64,000 nucleotides of DNA, taken from Verrucomicrobiia bacterium (GTDB lineage: Bacteria > Verrucomicrobiota > Verrucomicrobiia > Palsa-1439). This document shows, in pieces, positions 47,831 through 56,769 of this stretch. Below the pieces are notes generated by a model. The model made no database searches and had not been told where the DNA came from. It was given only the letters and a program-made list of their open reading frames with translations. Location of the stretch: positions 5,230 through 69,229 of the forward strand of contig JBEKUF010000002.1 of assembly GCA_049515295.1 (NCBI GenBank), given 5' to 3'. The translations under genes were made by a program, and so were the position numbers. Numbering within the stretch: position 1 is the stretch's first letter; each line of letters starts with the position of its first letter.

Positions 47831-49650
47831 GCGAAGGCTATTTCCAGAATCGTCTTGTCCTCGCGCGCTTCACCGTTAACGGGCAATGCGGCCTGCAACG
47901 GTAGCGTGCGCCCTTCAAAGTTCGTGATGGTGCCGTTCTTCTCACACCAGATCGCCGCGGGCAGCACGACCCGGGCGACATCCGTGAGCACCGAGTGGTA
48001 GCTCGCTTGGACGACAACGTTGTCGATCTGTTCCAACAACGGGCGCACATGCGGTTCCTTCAAGAGCCGCGCGCCTCCGTCGGGTTCGTCGCTGGCCACG
48101 ATGTGCAAGAAACCTGGTGGCCGCACGGCGAGCCAGGTCGAGACGTCTTCCACGGGTTCCACCCCGGCCGCCGCCAACGCCAGGCCGTTCGTGCTGGTCG
48201 GCAACTGGATCGGCGCGAGCATTTCTCCCCCGCCGGCAACGGAACCCAGCGTCTTGATGAGCCGATCGAGAATCGTGACGCCGACCGTGGTCATTGCCAT
48301 CGGCCCGTAGACCAGGACCGGGCGCTTCGCAGTTCCCAGCACGTCGCCGACCTGTTTCCAGAACTTCCGTTCCAAACCGACCACGGGCGCGGAGATATCG
48401 GCGTAGGTGTCGAGGTCGCTTCGGCGCGAATGCAGAATCACCAGTTTGGCGCCTCGCCGCCGCACCGCCGTGCGGATTCTTGACGCGACGACCCCGTGGG
48501 TCCGGCTCGGTTCCACGCCGATCAACACGATGGCGTCGGCGTCCTGCAGCCGCGACAGGCTGTCGGGAGAAAACTCGGGCGTCGTGCACAACGCGGCTTC
48601 TTTGTTGGCCACGAACGCGCCGATTCGATCAAACCGAGCTCCGATCGCCTGGAGCGTGCGGATCGTCTCGTTGGTCACCCGCGGGGAAACCAGCATCGCA
48701 TTTTGCCTGTCCTTCGACGCGCTGATCAGGGTCCGCAGGGTGCGCACCGCCTCTTCCCACGATGTGGCGACCAGTTTGCCGTCCCGTCGCACCATCGGCT
48801 GCCGAATGCGCGGGCGCGGTTCGGCCCAGGTTTCGTAGCGACCGCGGCGGCACAAGTGGCCGCGGCTGATGGGGGATTCGACGTCGCCGAACACATCGAC
48901 GATGCGATCATCTTTCGTATAGACCACCAGCCCGCAGCCGACGGGGCATTCCGAGCACGTGGTGCGTGTCTGGCGGCATTTGATCAGCGGTCCGTGAAAC
49001 GCCGCGGCTTTGTCGAACAACGCGCCGGTCGGACAGGCCGTCACGCATGCCCCGCAGGAGGTGCACGTGGTCGACATTCCAAACGTGACATTCAAGTCGA
49101 CGATGATCTGGTTCTTCACGCCACGGTTCCCGATGTCGAGCGTGTGGACGCCCTCGACTTCGTCGCAGGTGCGAACGCAACGCGTGCAAAGAATGCACCG
49201 ATTATGATCGAGTCCCAGATACCTGCCCGAAAGATCGACGGGCAAGGTCGGGTACAGGTACGGGTAGCGAACCGAATCAATGCCGAACCTGTACCCCTGC
49301 TGCTGCAGGTCGCAATCGCCTTTGTTCATCGGGCAGATCGGGCAGAAATGATTGCGTTCGCTAAACAGCAACTCCAGGGTGAGCCGACGCAAACCCTGCA
49401 GGCGCGGACTGTTGGTGACGACCGTGCTACCTTCGACGGCTGGCGTCGAGCAGGATGGGACGACCTTCGGGCTGCCCTGGATTTCGACGATACACATGCG
49501 GCAGCCGCCCCACGGCGAAAGATGCTTCAAGTAGCACAACGTGGGAATCTCGATTCCATTGGCGCCGGCCACCTGCAGAATGGTCTGGCCCTGCATGCCC
49601 TTGCACACATTGCCATCGATCGTCAGGGTGATCTCCTGGGGAGCAATCAC
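47827..49650 (-). CDS. hoxU: hydrogenase diaphorase Fe-S subunit, NuoG-like (unusually long HoxU with C-terminal molybdopterin-oxidoreductase-like domain)
   Basis: 2Fe-2S (CYLKH...CRMC), His-ligated 4Fe-4S, two 4Fe-4S ferredoxin motifs. GTG start at 49650 overlapping hoxF TGA (GTGA). Confidence 0.7.
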   Translation of the reverse strand: MIAPQEITLTIDGNVCKGMQGQTILQVAGANGIEIPTLCYLKHLSPWGGCRMCIVEIQGSPKVVPSCSTPAVEGSTVVTNSPRLQGLRRLTLELLFSERNHFCPICPMNKGDCDLQQQGYRFGIDSVRYPYLYPTLPVDLSGRYLGLDHNRCILCTRCVRTCDEVEGVHTLDIGNRGVKNQIIVDLNVTFGMSTTCTSCGACVTACPTGALFDKAAAFHGPLIKCRQTRTTCSECPVGCGLVVYTKDDRIVDVFGDVESPISRGHLCRRGRYETWAEPRPRIRQPMVRRDGKLVATSWEEAVRTLRTLISASKDRQNAMLVSPRVTNETIRTLQAIGARFDRIGAFVANKEAALCTTPEFSPDSLSRLQDADAIVLIGVEPSRTHGVVASRIRTAVRRRGAKLVILHSRRSDLDTYADISAPVVGLERKFWKQVGDVLGTAKRPVLVYGPMAMTTVGVTILDRLIKTLGSVAGGGEMLAPIQLPTSTNGLALAAAGVEPVEDVSTWLAVRPPGFLHIVASDEPDGGARLLKEPHVRPLLEQIDNVVVQASYHSVLTDVARVVLPAAIWCEKNGTITNFEGRTLPLQAALPVNGEAREDKTILEIAFA

Positions 49651-51500
49651 TGTTTCACCCCTTCGGCCATGAGTTCCCCGTCTGGTTGACGGGCTGGCGC
49701 GATGCCGGGCGATGTCTTGATGACCGCGTCGAACCGGCAGGCGTCGAAGCATGCGCCGCAGCGGATACAATTCTCGTTGGCGATGGAGAACTTCTTCTGG
49801 CCATCGACCTTGTGAATGGTTTGCACGGCGCAGGCGCGGGCGCACAGCGAGCAGCCCTTGCACAATGCTTGGTCGATCTCAAAGTGCAGCAGCTCGCGGC
49901 AGACGCGCGCCGGGCAGCGACGGTCGAGAATGTGCGCCTCGTACTCGTCGCGGAAGTACCGCAGTGTCGTGAGCACGGGATTCGGCGCGGTCTGGCCCAG
50001 GCCGCACAGGCTCGTGTCCTTGACCATGGCGGCGAGATCCTGGAGTTTCTGGATATCGTCGAGTTCGCCCTGGCCGTTGCAGATGCGATCCAGGATGTTG
50101 AGCATCTGGCGCGTGCCGACCCGGCACGGCGGGCACTTGCCGCAGGATTCGTCGCAGCAGAACTCCATGAAGAAGCGCGCGACGTCGACCATGCACGAAT
50201 CTTCATCCATCACCACCATGCCGCCCGATCCCATGATCGAGCCGAGCTTCTGCAACGACTCGTAGTCGACCGGGATATCGAGGTGTTGCTCCGGAATAAC
50301 GCCGCCGGAGGGGCCGCCCGTTTGCACGGCCTTGAATTTCTTGCCGTTCGGGATCCCGCCGCCGACCTCGAAAATCATCTCGCGCAGGCTCGTGCCGAAG
50401 GGAAGCTCGGCCACGCCGGTGTTGTTGATCTTGCCGGCGAGACAGAAGACCTTGGTGCCCTTCGTCTTCTCCGTGCCGATGGAGGCAAACCATTTCGCGC
50501 CCTTCAGGAGGATCGGGCGGATTGTCGCCCAGGTTTCCACATTGTTGATGTTGGTCGGTTTGCCCCACAGACCGCGCTGGGCCGGAAACGGCGGACGGGG
50601 CTGCGGCTGGCCACGACGGCCTTCGACGCTGCGCATCAGCGCTGTTTCCTCGCCGCACACAAACGCGCCGGCGCCGATGCGGACTTCCACATCGAAATCG
50701 AAGTCAGTTTCAAAAATCTTCTTTCCGAGGAGTCCATTCTTGTAGGCCTGCTCGATGGCGATGTGCAGGCGTTTGACGGCCAGGCCGTACTCGGCGCGGA
50801 TGTACACGAACCCGCGCTTCGATCCCATGGCGTACGCGCCGATGGTCATGCCTTCGAGCACACTGTGGGGGTCGCCTTCGAGAACGGAGCGGTTCATGAA
50901 TGCGCCGGGGTCGCCTTCGTCCGCGTTACAGACCACGTATTTCGGGAACTCAGGGGCCTGACGCATGATTTCCCATTTCTTGCCGGTGGGGAAACCTGCG
51001 CCGCCGCGGCCGCGCAGACCGCTGGTCTTGATTTCCTCGATGACCTGCTCCGGCGTCATTTCGGTCAAGGCTTTGCCCAGCGCGCTGTATCCGTCGCGGG
51101 CGATGTACTCGTCGATGTTCTCGGGGTCGATGACGCCGCAATTGTCGCGAACGATGCGCAATTGCCTGTTGAAGAACGTGAAGTCCGCCTGCGTTGCGAC
51201 GACGTTATGCGTCTGCGGGTCTTCCGGCAGTAGTTTCGTGTAGGGACGGCCCTTGAGGAAATGTTCCTCGACCAGTTTCGGCACGTCCGCCGCCACGACG
51301 TTCTTGTAGAAGGTGCCATCAGGATGCACGAGAGCCACGGGGCCAAGATCGCAACGGCCCATGCAGCCCGTTTCGACGACTTCGATCTCGTTGTCGAGCC
51401 CGCGCTTCTTGAGTTCCGCGAGCAAGGCTTCGCGGGTCGCGAGGCTGCCGCTGCTGGTGCAGCCGGTGCCCGTGCAAACGAGGATGTGCGTCCGAATCAT
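49647..51500 (-). CDS. hoxF: NAD(P)H-binding flavoprotein subunit (NuoF-like) with N-terminal thioredoxin-like 2Fe-2S domain and C-terminal 2x[4Fe-4S]
   Basis: ILVCTGTGC...CMGRC; GRGGAGFPTG; CGKCPPC; CKGCSLCARAC, CIRCGACFDAC. Confidence 0.85.
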   Translation of the reverse strand: MIRTHILVCTGTGCTSSGSLATREALLAELKKRGLDNEIEVVETGCMGRCDLGPVALVHPDGTFYKNVVAADVPKLVEEHFLKGRPYTKLLPEDPQTHNVVATQADFTFFNRQLRIVRDNCGVIDPENIDEYIARDGYSALGKALTEMTPEQVIEEIKTSGLRGRGGAGFPTGKKWEIMRQAPEFPKYVVCNADEGDPGAFMNRSVLEGDPHSVLEGMTIGAYAMGSKRGFVYIRAEYGLAVKRLHIAIEQAYKNGLLGKKIFETDFDFDVEVRIGAGAFVCGEETALMRSVEGRRGQPQPRPPFPAQRGLWGKPTNINNVETWATIRPILLKGAKWFASIGTEKTKGTKVFCLAGKINNTGVAELPFGTSLREMIFEVGGGIPNGKKFKAVQTGGPSGGVIPEQHLDIPVDYESLQKLGSIMGSGGMVVMDEDSCMVDVARFFMEFCCDESCGKCPPCRVGTRQMLNILDRICNGQGELDDIQKLQDLAAMVKDTSLCGLGQTAPNPVLTTLRYFRDEYEAHILDRRCPARVCRELLHFEIDQALCKGCSLCARACAVQTIHKVDGQKKFSIANENCIRCGACFDACRFDAVIKTSPGIAPARQPDGELMAEGVKQ

Positions 51501-51881
51501 CTAGTGCTTCTGCTCCGGTTCCTTGATCTTGCCCACGGCGAGGCCATCGACGACCTTGCCCTTTTGCAAGTGCTCGGCGACGATCTTGCGGGCGCCTTCC
51601 GGGTTGACGTTGGCGTAGGTAACGTTTTCGCCGCTCTTTTCCTCGATGCGGATGACCGGCTCGGCGTCCACCAGGCCAATCTCGCCCGTAACGGCGACCT
51701 CCACGTTCTCGATGCCGCGTTTGTCGAGTTCATCGAGCAGGGTCGCCATGACTTCACGCGCGCCGGCGGCGATGCCGCTGGTGCCCATGCTGAAGACAAC
51801 GCGATACTTCTTGTTGCCTTCACGCAGCGCGACTCGCCGTTGTGCCTTTTCCTTGAGCTTCTTGAGTTCGTCCAAGTTCAT
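51501..51881 (-). CDS. thioredoxin-like ferredoxin-fold protein lacking cluster cysteines
   Basis: YRVVFSMGTSGIAAGAREV aligns by eye to the HoxF N-terminal ILVCTGTGCTSSGSLATREAL but Cys replaced; start ATG 51881 overlaps upstream gene by 62 bp (uncertain). Confidence 0.45.
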   Translation of the reverse strand: MNLDELKKLKEKAQRRVALREGNKKYRVVFSMGTSGIAAGAREVMATLLDELDKRGIENVEVAVTGEIGLVDAEPVIRIEEKSGENVTYANVNPEGARKIVAEHLQKGKVVDGLAVGKIKEPEQKH

Positions 51882-52341
51882 GGGATTTGCCTTCTTTCGA
51901 GCTGAAATGAAACGTCTGGCCGTTCGAGCGGTAATGCAGTTGCACGTCCACGCCGGGATGAGCGCACAGTGCGAGAATGGTCGCGTTGAGGTCGCCCAGC
52001 GGAGGGCGGTCGATGTGCGACAGCCGCATCGATGCCGTAACGGTTGTGCCCCGGCCCGGTACGGATCGCACATGGAAGCTCCCGCCGCACGTCTCCGAGG
52101 TCTGCCGCAGGAACGCCAGCCCGAGTCCAATGGGTTTTTTGCGGCCTTTCTTGCTGGTCACATTCCGGCCAAGCACTTGGCTCAACGTCGTCGCGTCCAT
52201 ACCCTGCCCATCGTCGCGGATGCGGATGATGAACCAGTCACGGCTGGTGTTTTCGATCACGACGACCTCGAGGTTCTTCGCCCCCGCGGCCAGCGAATTC
52301 ATGCCGATGTCCAGGATGTGCAGGGACAGTTCCTCAAGCAT
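51820..52341 (-). CDS. GHKL-type ATPase (anti-sigma-factor/Ser-kinase-like)
   Basis: MLEELSLHILDIGMNS...IRDDGQGMD...GLGL: N, G1, G2 boxes of HATPase_c. Confidence 0.55.
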   Translation of the reverse strand: MLEELSLHILDIGMNSLAAGAKNLEVVVIENTSRDWFIIRIRDDGQGMDATTLSQVLGRNVTSKKGRKKPIGLGLAFLRQTSETCGGSFHVRSVPGRGTTVTASMRLSHIDRPPLGDLNATILALCAHPGVDVQLHYRSNGQTFHFSSKEGKSHELGRTQEAQGKGTTASRAA

Positions 52342-52912
52342 ACTTCTTCAACTCCTTCTGGCAGAATCGCGGGATCTTGTCGGGTGTGAGTTTGCCGTAT
52401 ACGTCGTCGCCCACGGTGATGGCGGGCGCCAACGCGCAGGCGCCGATGCACCGCGCAGTTTGCAGGCTGAAAAGACCGTCCTTCGTCGTCTCGCCCCGCT
52501 CAATGCCGAGTTGCTGGCCGAGACGCTCCACGACCGTCGCGGCGCCGCGCACGTGGCAGGTGGTGCCCGTGCACACCATGATCTGGTACTTTCCGCGGGG
52601 GACGACGGAGAAAAAGTTGTAGAACGTGGTGACGCCGTACACGTGGGCGAGGGGCAGCTTCATCGCGCCGGCGACATAGCGGAGCACATCGGGCGCGAGA
52701 TAGCCAAAGGTGTGTTGTGCCGCATGCAATACCTGGATGAGCGCGGTGCGCTCGTACCTGTAATGCTGCATCGTCTGGTCGAGCGAAGCGAAGCGCTGGT
52801 CGCCGCTCGGGTGATGCGGCAGCATGGGCGCGGTGGTGGCCCCCTCCGCGTATGTGGCCGGTTGCGGGGTGATCGCCGCCGTGGCGCTGGGGATGATGGC
52901 TGGTTCACTCAT
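52334..52912 (-). CDS. hoxE: NuoE-like 2Fe-2S diaphorase subunit
   Basis: Thioredoxin-like 2Fe-2S motif CxxxxC...CxxxC (MVCTGTTCHVRG...RCIGACALAP). Confidence 0.75.
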   Translation of the reverse strand: MSEPAIIPSATAAITPQPATYAEGATTAPMLPHHPSGDQRFASLDQTMQHYRYERTALIQVLHAAQHTFGYLAPDVLRYVAGAMKLPLAHVYGVTTFYNFFSVVPRGKYQIMVCTGTTCHVRGAATVVERLGQQLGIERGETTKDGLFSLQTARCIGACALAPAITVGDDVYGKLTPDKIPRFCQKELKKYA

Positions 52913-53270
52913 GGCCGTTTTCTCCGCGAAGCCCGGCTTCCCAAAGTTTGCCCGCCGCCTCGTAGGTGGTGAGCCGGGTGGTCAGCAGCGCAATGCCTTC
53001 TTTCTCGGCTTCCGCGATGATCTCGGGCTCGGGTCTCCGTCCGCACGTAAAGAGCACGACGGCAACGTCCTTGGTTGCGGCAACGGAGACGACGTTGCGG
53101 TGCGTTTGGATCGTGAGCCACAACATACCCGGCTCGGCATGCGCGAGAACGTCACTCAGCAAATCGGAGATGTAGCACCCCGTCACCGTGTCGGGCCGAC
53201 GATCGGTCAATGGTTCGGCCCGCAGCGCCGCGATCAGCGGCGGGAATTTGAGCGTGGCCGGTGTCTTCAT
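52905..53270 (-). CDS. DRTGG-domain protein
   Basis: LTDRRPDTVTGCYISDLLSDV...VLFTCGRRPE (DRTGG signature). Confidence 0.55.
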   Translation of the reverse strand: MKTPATLKFPPLIAALRAEPLTDRRPDTVTGCYISDLLSDVLAHAEPGMLWLTIQTHRNVVSVAATKDVAVVLFTCGRRPEPEIIAEAEKEGIALLTTRLTTYEAAGKLWEAGLRGENGHE

Positions 53271-54229
53271 GTCGCCGCTCCTGTTTGGCGAATGCGGATC
53301 TCCGAACGCAACCGCGTCCCCTGTTGGCTGTCCGAAGTGATGTTCAGCGCATCCGAACACCGCTTGATATTCGGCAAGCCCATGCCGGCGCCAAAACCGA
53401 GTTCGCGCGGCAGGCGTCCCGCCGTGGACCAGCCTTCCTGCATCGCCTGATCCACGTTTTCTATTCCGGGCCCGGTATCGACCGCTTCGATGACGATCTT
53501 GTCCGGGTCGATGGTGGCGATGATTTCGCCTCCCAGAGAATGGATGATGATGTTGGTCTCGGCTTCGTAGGCGACCACGGCGGCGCGGCGCTGAATCTCG
53601 GGGTTCACGCCGCGATCACGCAGGACCTGGCGCATCCGCTGCGAGATCTTACCGGCGCTGTCGTAATCGCCCGTGCGCACGTGGGCGCGGACGACCACGC
53701 GATTGGCCGCTTCGTCGGCGGCGCGAGCGGCGCGCAACGACGCCTCTTGGGCGAGCGCTTCTTCGGCGCGGCGTTCGAGATGCTGCATCAGACAATTGGT
53801 GATATCCCCGCGGGTGATGATGCCGACGAGATGTTCATCCCCGTCGAGGACCGGGAACCGTCCGAACTCATGGCGGTCGAACTCGGCGACGGCGCGCACG
53901 AGAGAGAAATGGTCGCGGAGCGTGACGACGTTGCGAGCCATGTGGGTTTCCGCCGGTTCGTTGATGTAACCCCGGTCCAGTGCGTTGATAATGTCCTCGA
54001 TGCTAATGATGCCCAGCAGCGCGTCGGCCCGGGTGATGGGCACGCCGGAGATGCGGCGCGACTTCATCAACTCCTGGATGACCCGAAGCGAATCCGTCGG
54101 CGCGGCGGTGATGGGGGGCTTGCTCATGGCGTCGCGCACGCGGAGTTCGTAAACCAGAACCTGCGCGACCGAGATCCTGCGCGCATCACCCGCGTCGGCA
54201 TCCCAAAAGGGGGCAGGCGCCGGGTGCAT
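53267..54229 (-). CDS. CBS-pair plus GHKL ATPase regulatory protein
   Basis: Two CBS motifs (GVPITRADALLGIISIEDI; FPVLDGDEHLVGIITRGDI) followed by HATPase_c boxes (DTGPGIE; GFGAGMGL). Confidence 0.6.
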   Translation of the reverse strand: MHPAPAPFWDADAGDARRISVAQVLVYELRVRDAMSKPPITAAPTDSLRVIQELMKSRRISGVPITRADALLGIISIEDIINALDRGYINEPAETHMARNVVTLRDHFSLVRAVAEFDRHEFGRFPVLDGDEHLVGIITRGDITNCLMQHLERRAEEALAQEASLRAARAADEAANRVVVRAHVRTGDYDSAGKISQRMRQVLRDRGVNPEIQRRAAVVAYEAETNIIIHSLGGEIIATIDPDKIVIEAVDTGPGIENVDQAMQEGWSTAGRLPRELGFGAGMGLPNIKRCSDALNITSDSQQGTRLRSEIRIRQTGAAT

Positions 54230-54239
54230 CACATGCCTC

Positions 54240-56435
54240 CTAAGGCCCGTGGACGTCGGCGGCGAGCGCGATGCGCACGTCGGCCACTCGCGCACCCTTG
54301 CCCTGGGCGTGGACAATGAGGGGGTTGATGTCCAGTTCGGTGATCTCGGGAAAATCGACGGCGAGCTGCGATAGACGCTCCAGACATTCGGCGATCGCCT
54401 CGGTATCGGCCGGCGGCTGACCGCGGAAGCTCTCGAACACCTTGGCGGCGCGGATCGACTTGATCATATTGTGGGCGCCCAGTTCGCGGATTGGCACCAG
54501 GCGGAAGCTGACATCCTTGAGGACCTCGACGTACGTGCCGCCCAAGCCAAACATGATGATGTGACCGAAAGCCGGATCCTTGCTGATGCCGAGGATGACC
54601 TCGACACCTTTGGCGGCCATCGCCTGTATCTCCACGCCGAGGAGCCGCGCACCGGGTAGTTTTTGTTTCACCCCGTTTGTGATCTTTATATAACCAGCAC
54701 GGGCTTCCTCGGGCGTGGAAATGTTCAAGAGCACGCCGCCCACGTCGACTTTGTGCACGACATCGGGCGACGCAATCTTCATCGCGACGGGTCCGCCAAT
54801 TTTTTCGAGCCAGGCGACGGCTTCCTCTTCATTCCTGGCGAGAGCGTGTTGCAGCAACGGGAACCCGTAAGCCTTCAACACGGCGAGCGCTTCGGCTTCG
54901 GGCAGGAACGTGCGGCCTTCACTGCGGGCTTTCGCAAAAATCTGTTTGACAGCTGGTTGATCGACCTCGAACTGGCGTTCCCGGGTGCGCGGGCGCGTGA
55001 GCCATTGGGTATAGCGGCACATGGCGGCGAGCGAGCGCGAGGCGTTCTCGGGGAATTCGTAGTTGGGAACGCCGTGCGCCTCGAGAATGCGCACACCGGC
55101 CGACACGTCCACATGGCCCAAGAACGACGCGAGCACGGGTTTCTTGCTGGAGGGCGCGATCTCGCCGATCGTACCCGCAATTGCTTCAATGTCGGTCATC
55201 GATTGCGGCGTGAGCAAGACCACCAGCCCGTCGACGTTCGGGTCGCCGAGAACGGCTTCCAGAGCGGCGGTGTAGCGATCGCAAGTGGCGTCGCCGATCA
55301 CGTCGACGGGATTGGAAAAGTTCGCGGTCGGGGGCAGCTTCGCCTTAAGGGACTCGAGTGTCTCGGGTCGCAGTTTGGCGAGCTCGAGCCCATGACGGAT
55401 GGCGGCGTCGGTGGCCATGACGCCGGGACCACCCGCGTTGGTGACGATGGCGAAGCGGTTGCCTTTGGGCAACGGCTGGCGTGAGAACCCGACCGCGAAG
55501 TCGAAGAGTTCTTCCACAGTATCGACGCGCAGGATGCCAGCCTGCGCGAAAATGGCATCGTAGACGGCGTCACTGCCGGCGAGAGCGCCGGTGTGAGAAC
55601 GGGCGGCGGCCGCGCCCTGCGTGGTCCGCCCGGATTTGACGGCCAGTATGGGCTTGCGTCGCGCGAGTTCGCCCGTGATCTCGCGAGCCAGTTCGATTAA
55701 CGCGCGACCGTCCACGAGGGTTTCGAGGTACATCAAAATGACATCGGTGCTGTCATCGGCGGCGAGATAACGCAGCAAATCCAATTCGGTCACGTCGGCC
55801 TTGTTGCCGACGCTGATGAATTTCGAGAAGCCGATGTTGCGGCCGCGGGCGTAATCCAGAATCCCCGCGCACAGAGCGCCGCTTTGGGACAAGAAGGCGA
55901 TGTTGCCATGCTTGGGCATGCACCGCGCAAAACTTGCATTGAGCAGGACGTCGGCATCGGTGTTGATAACGCCGAGACAGTTTGGGCCGACCAGGGCGAT
56001 TTCGTGTTGACGTGCTATTTCCGCCGCTCGACGTTCCAGCGCGGCGCCCTCGGGTCCGATTTCCTTGAATCCGGCCGTAACGATCACGGCCCCGCGCACG
56101 CCCTTCTGGCCGCATTCCTCGAGCACGCCCGGCACCGCTGTGGACGGAACCATGATCAGGGCAAGATCGATCTCGTCGGGGATTTCGCCCACGTTCGTGT
56201 ACGCATGTACACCGGCGATCGATGGGGCCTTCGGATTCACCGGATAAAGTGTGCCACAGTAGCCGCTGAGCAGGATGTTGTGGAAGAGGTCGTGGCCAAC
56301 TGTGCCAACACGGTTCGATGCTCCGATAACGGCGACGGACTTGGGACTGAAAATCGCGTGGAGCCGGTCGCCGTTCCGAAGAACTGCCGCTGAATCTTTG
56401 GACATCTCGGTTATGCTCTGTAAGGTCGAAGTCAT
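54240..56435 (-). CDS. acetyl-CoA synthetase (ADP-forming), fused alpha/beta (CoA-binding plus ATP-grasp)
   Basis: SVAVIGASNRVGTVG, His-loop RSHTGALAGSD, C-terminal ATP-grasp VAMKIASPDVVHKVDVGGV. Confidence 0.8.
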   Translation of the reverse strand: MTSTLQSITEMSKDSAAVLRNGDRLHAIFSPKSVAVIGASNRVGTVGHDLFHNILLSGYCGTLYPVNPKAPSIAGVHAYTNVGEIPDEIDLALIMVPSTAVPGVLEECGQKGVRGAVIVTAGFKEIGPEGAALERRAAEIARQHEIALVGPNCLGVINTDADVLLNASFARCMPKHGNIAFLSQSGALCAGILDYARGRNIGFSKFISVGNKADVTELDLLRYLAADDSTDVILMYLETLVDGRALIELAREITGELARRKPILAVKSGRTTQGAAAARSHTGALAGSDAVYDAIFAQAGILRVDTVEELFDFAVGFSRQPLPKGNRFAIVTNAGGPGVMATDAAIRHGLELAKLRPETLESLKAKLPPTANFSNPVDVIGDATCDRYTAALEAVLGDPNVDGLVVLLTPQSMTDIEAIAGTIGEIAPSSKKPVLASFLGHVDVSAGVRILEAHGVPNYEFPENASRSLAAMCRYTQWLTRPRTRERQFEVDQPAVKQIFAKARSEGRTFLPEAEALAVLKAYGFPLLQHALARNEEEAVAWLEKIGGPVAMKIASPDVVHKVDVGGVLLNISTPEEARAGYIKITNGVKQKLPGARLLGVEIQAMAAKGVEVILGISKDPAFGHIIMFGLGGTYVEVLKDVSFRLVPIRELGAHNMIKSIRAAKVFESFRGQPPADTEAIAECLERLSQLAVDFPEITELDINPLIVHAQGKGARVADVRIALAADVHGP

Positions 56436-56452
56436 TGCCCGTCCACAACCTT

Positions 56453-56523
56453 AGCAGCAGCCCTGCCAGCTTGCGCCTCGCAGCGCACTTGCATCGCAAC
56501 CTATTCGTAGTAAATAGGTTGCG
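56453..56523 (-). promoter_or_regulatory. candidate sigma54-type promoter (GG-N10-GC) preceded by an 11-bp perfect inverted repeat
   Basis: Minus-strand reading: cgcaacctatt-N7-aataggttgcg (56495-56523), then tGGcagggctgctGCt (56453-56468) about 50 nt upstream of ATG 56435. Confidence 0.3.
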
Positions 56524-56769
56524 GTGTGAAAAATTTCACGAGCCGGGGGGTGCTGATTGTCGAACAGAGGACAAATTGTCAACAGGCGACTGCAATCCAG
56601 ACACATTGTCATGCAGCGCGGTAGCCGCTCCAATCGTGTGGAGTTACCGTTCCGGATAGCGACCGAGCGCTGTCCCACGGCATTATCACCGTTTGCAGTG
56701 CCTTTTCGGGCGCGGTTGTCGCCATCCATGAGAGCGCTAAGGACTTGCAAAAACCGGCTGGGCGATGGC

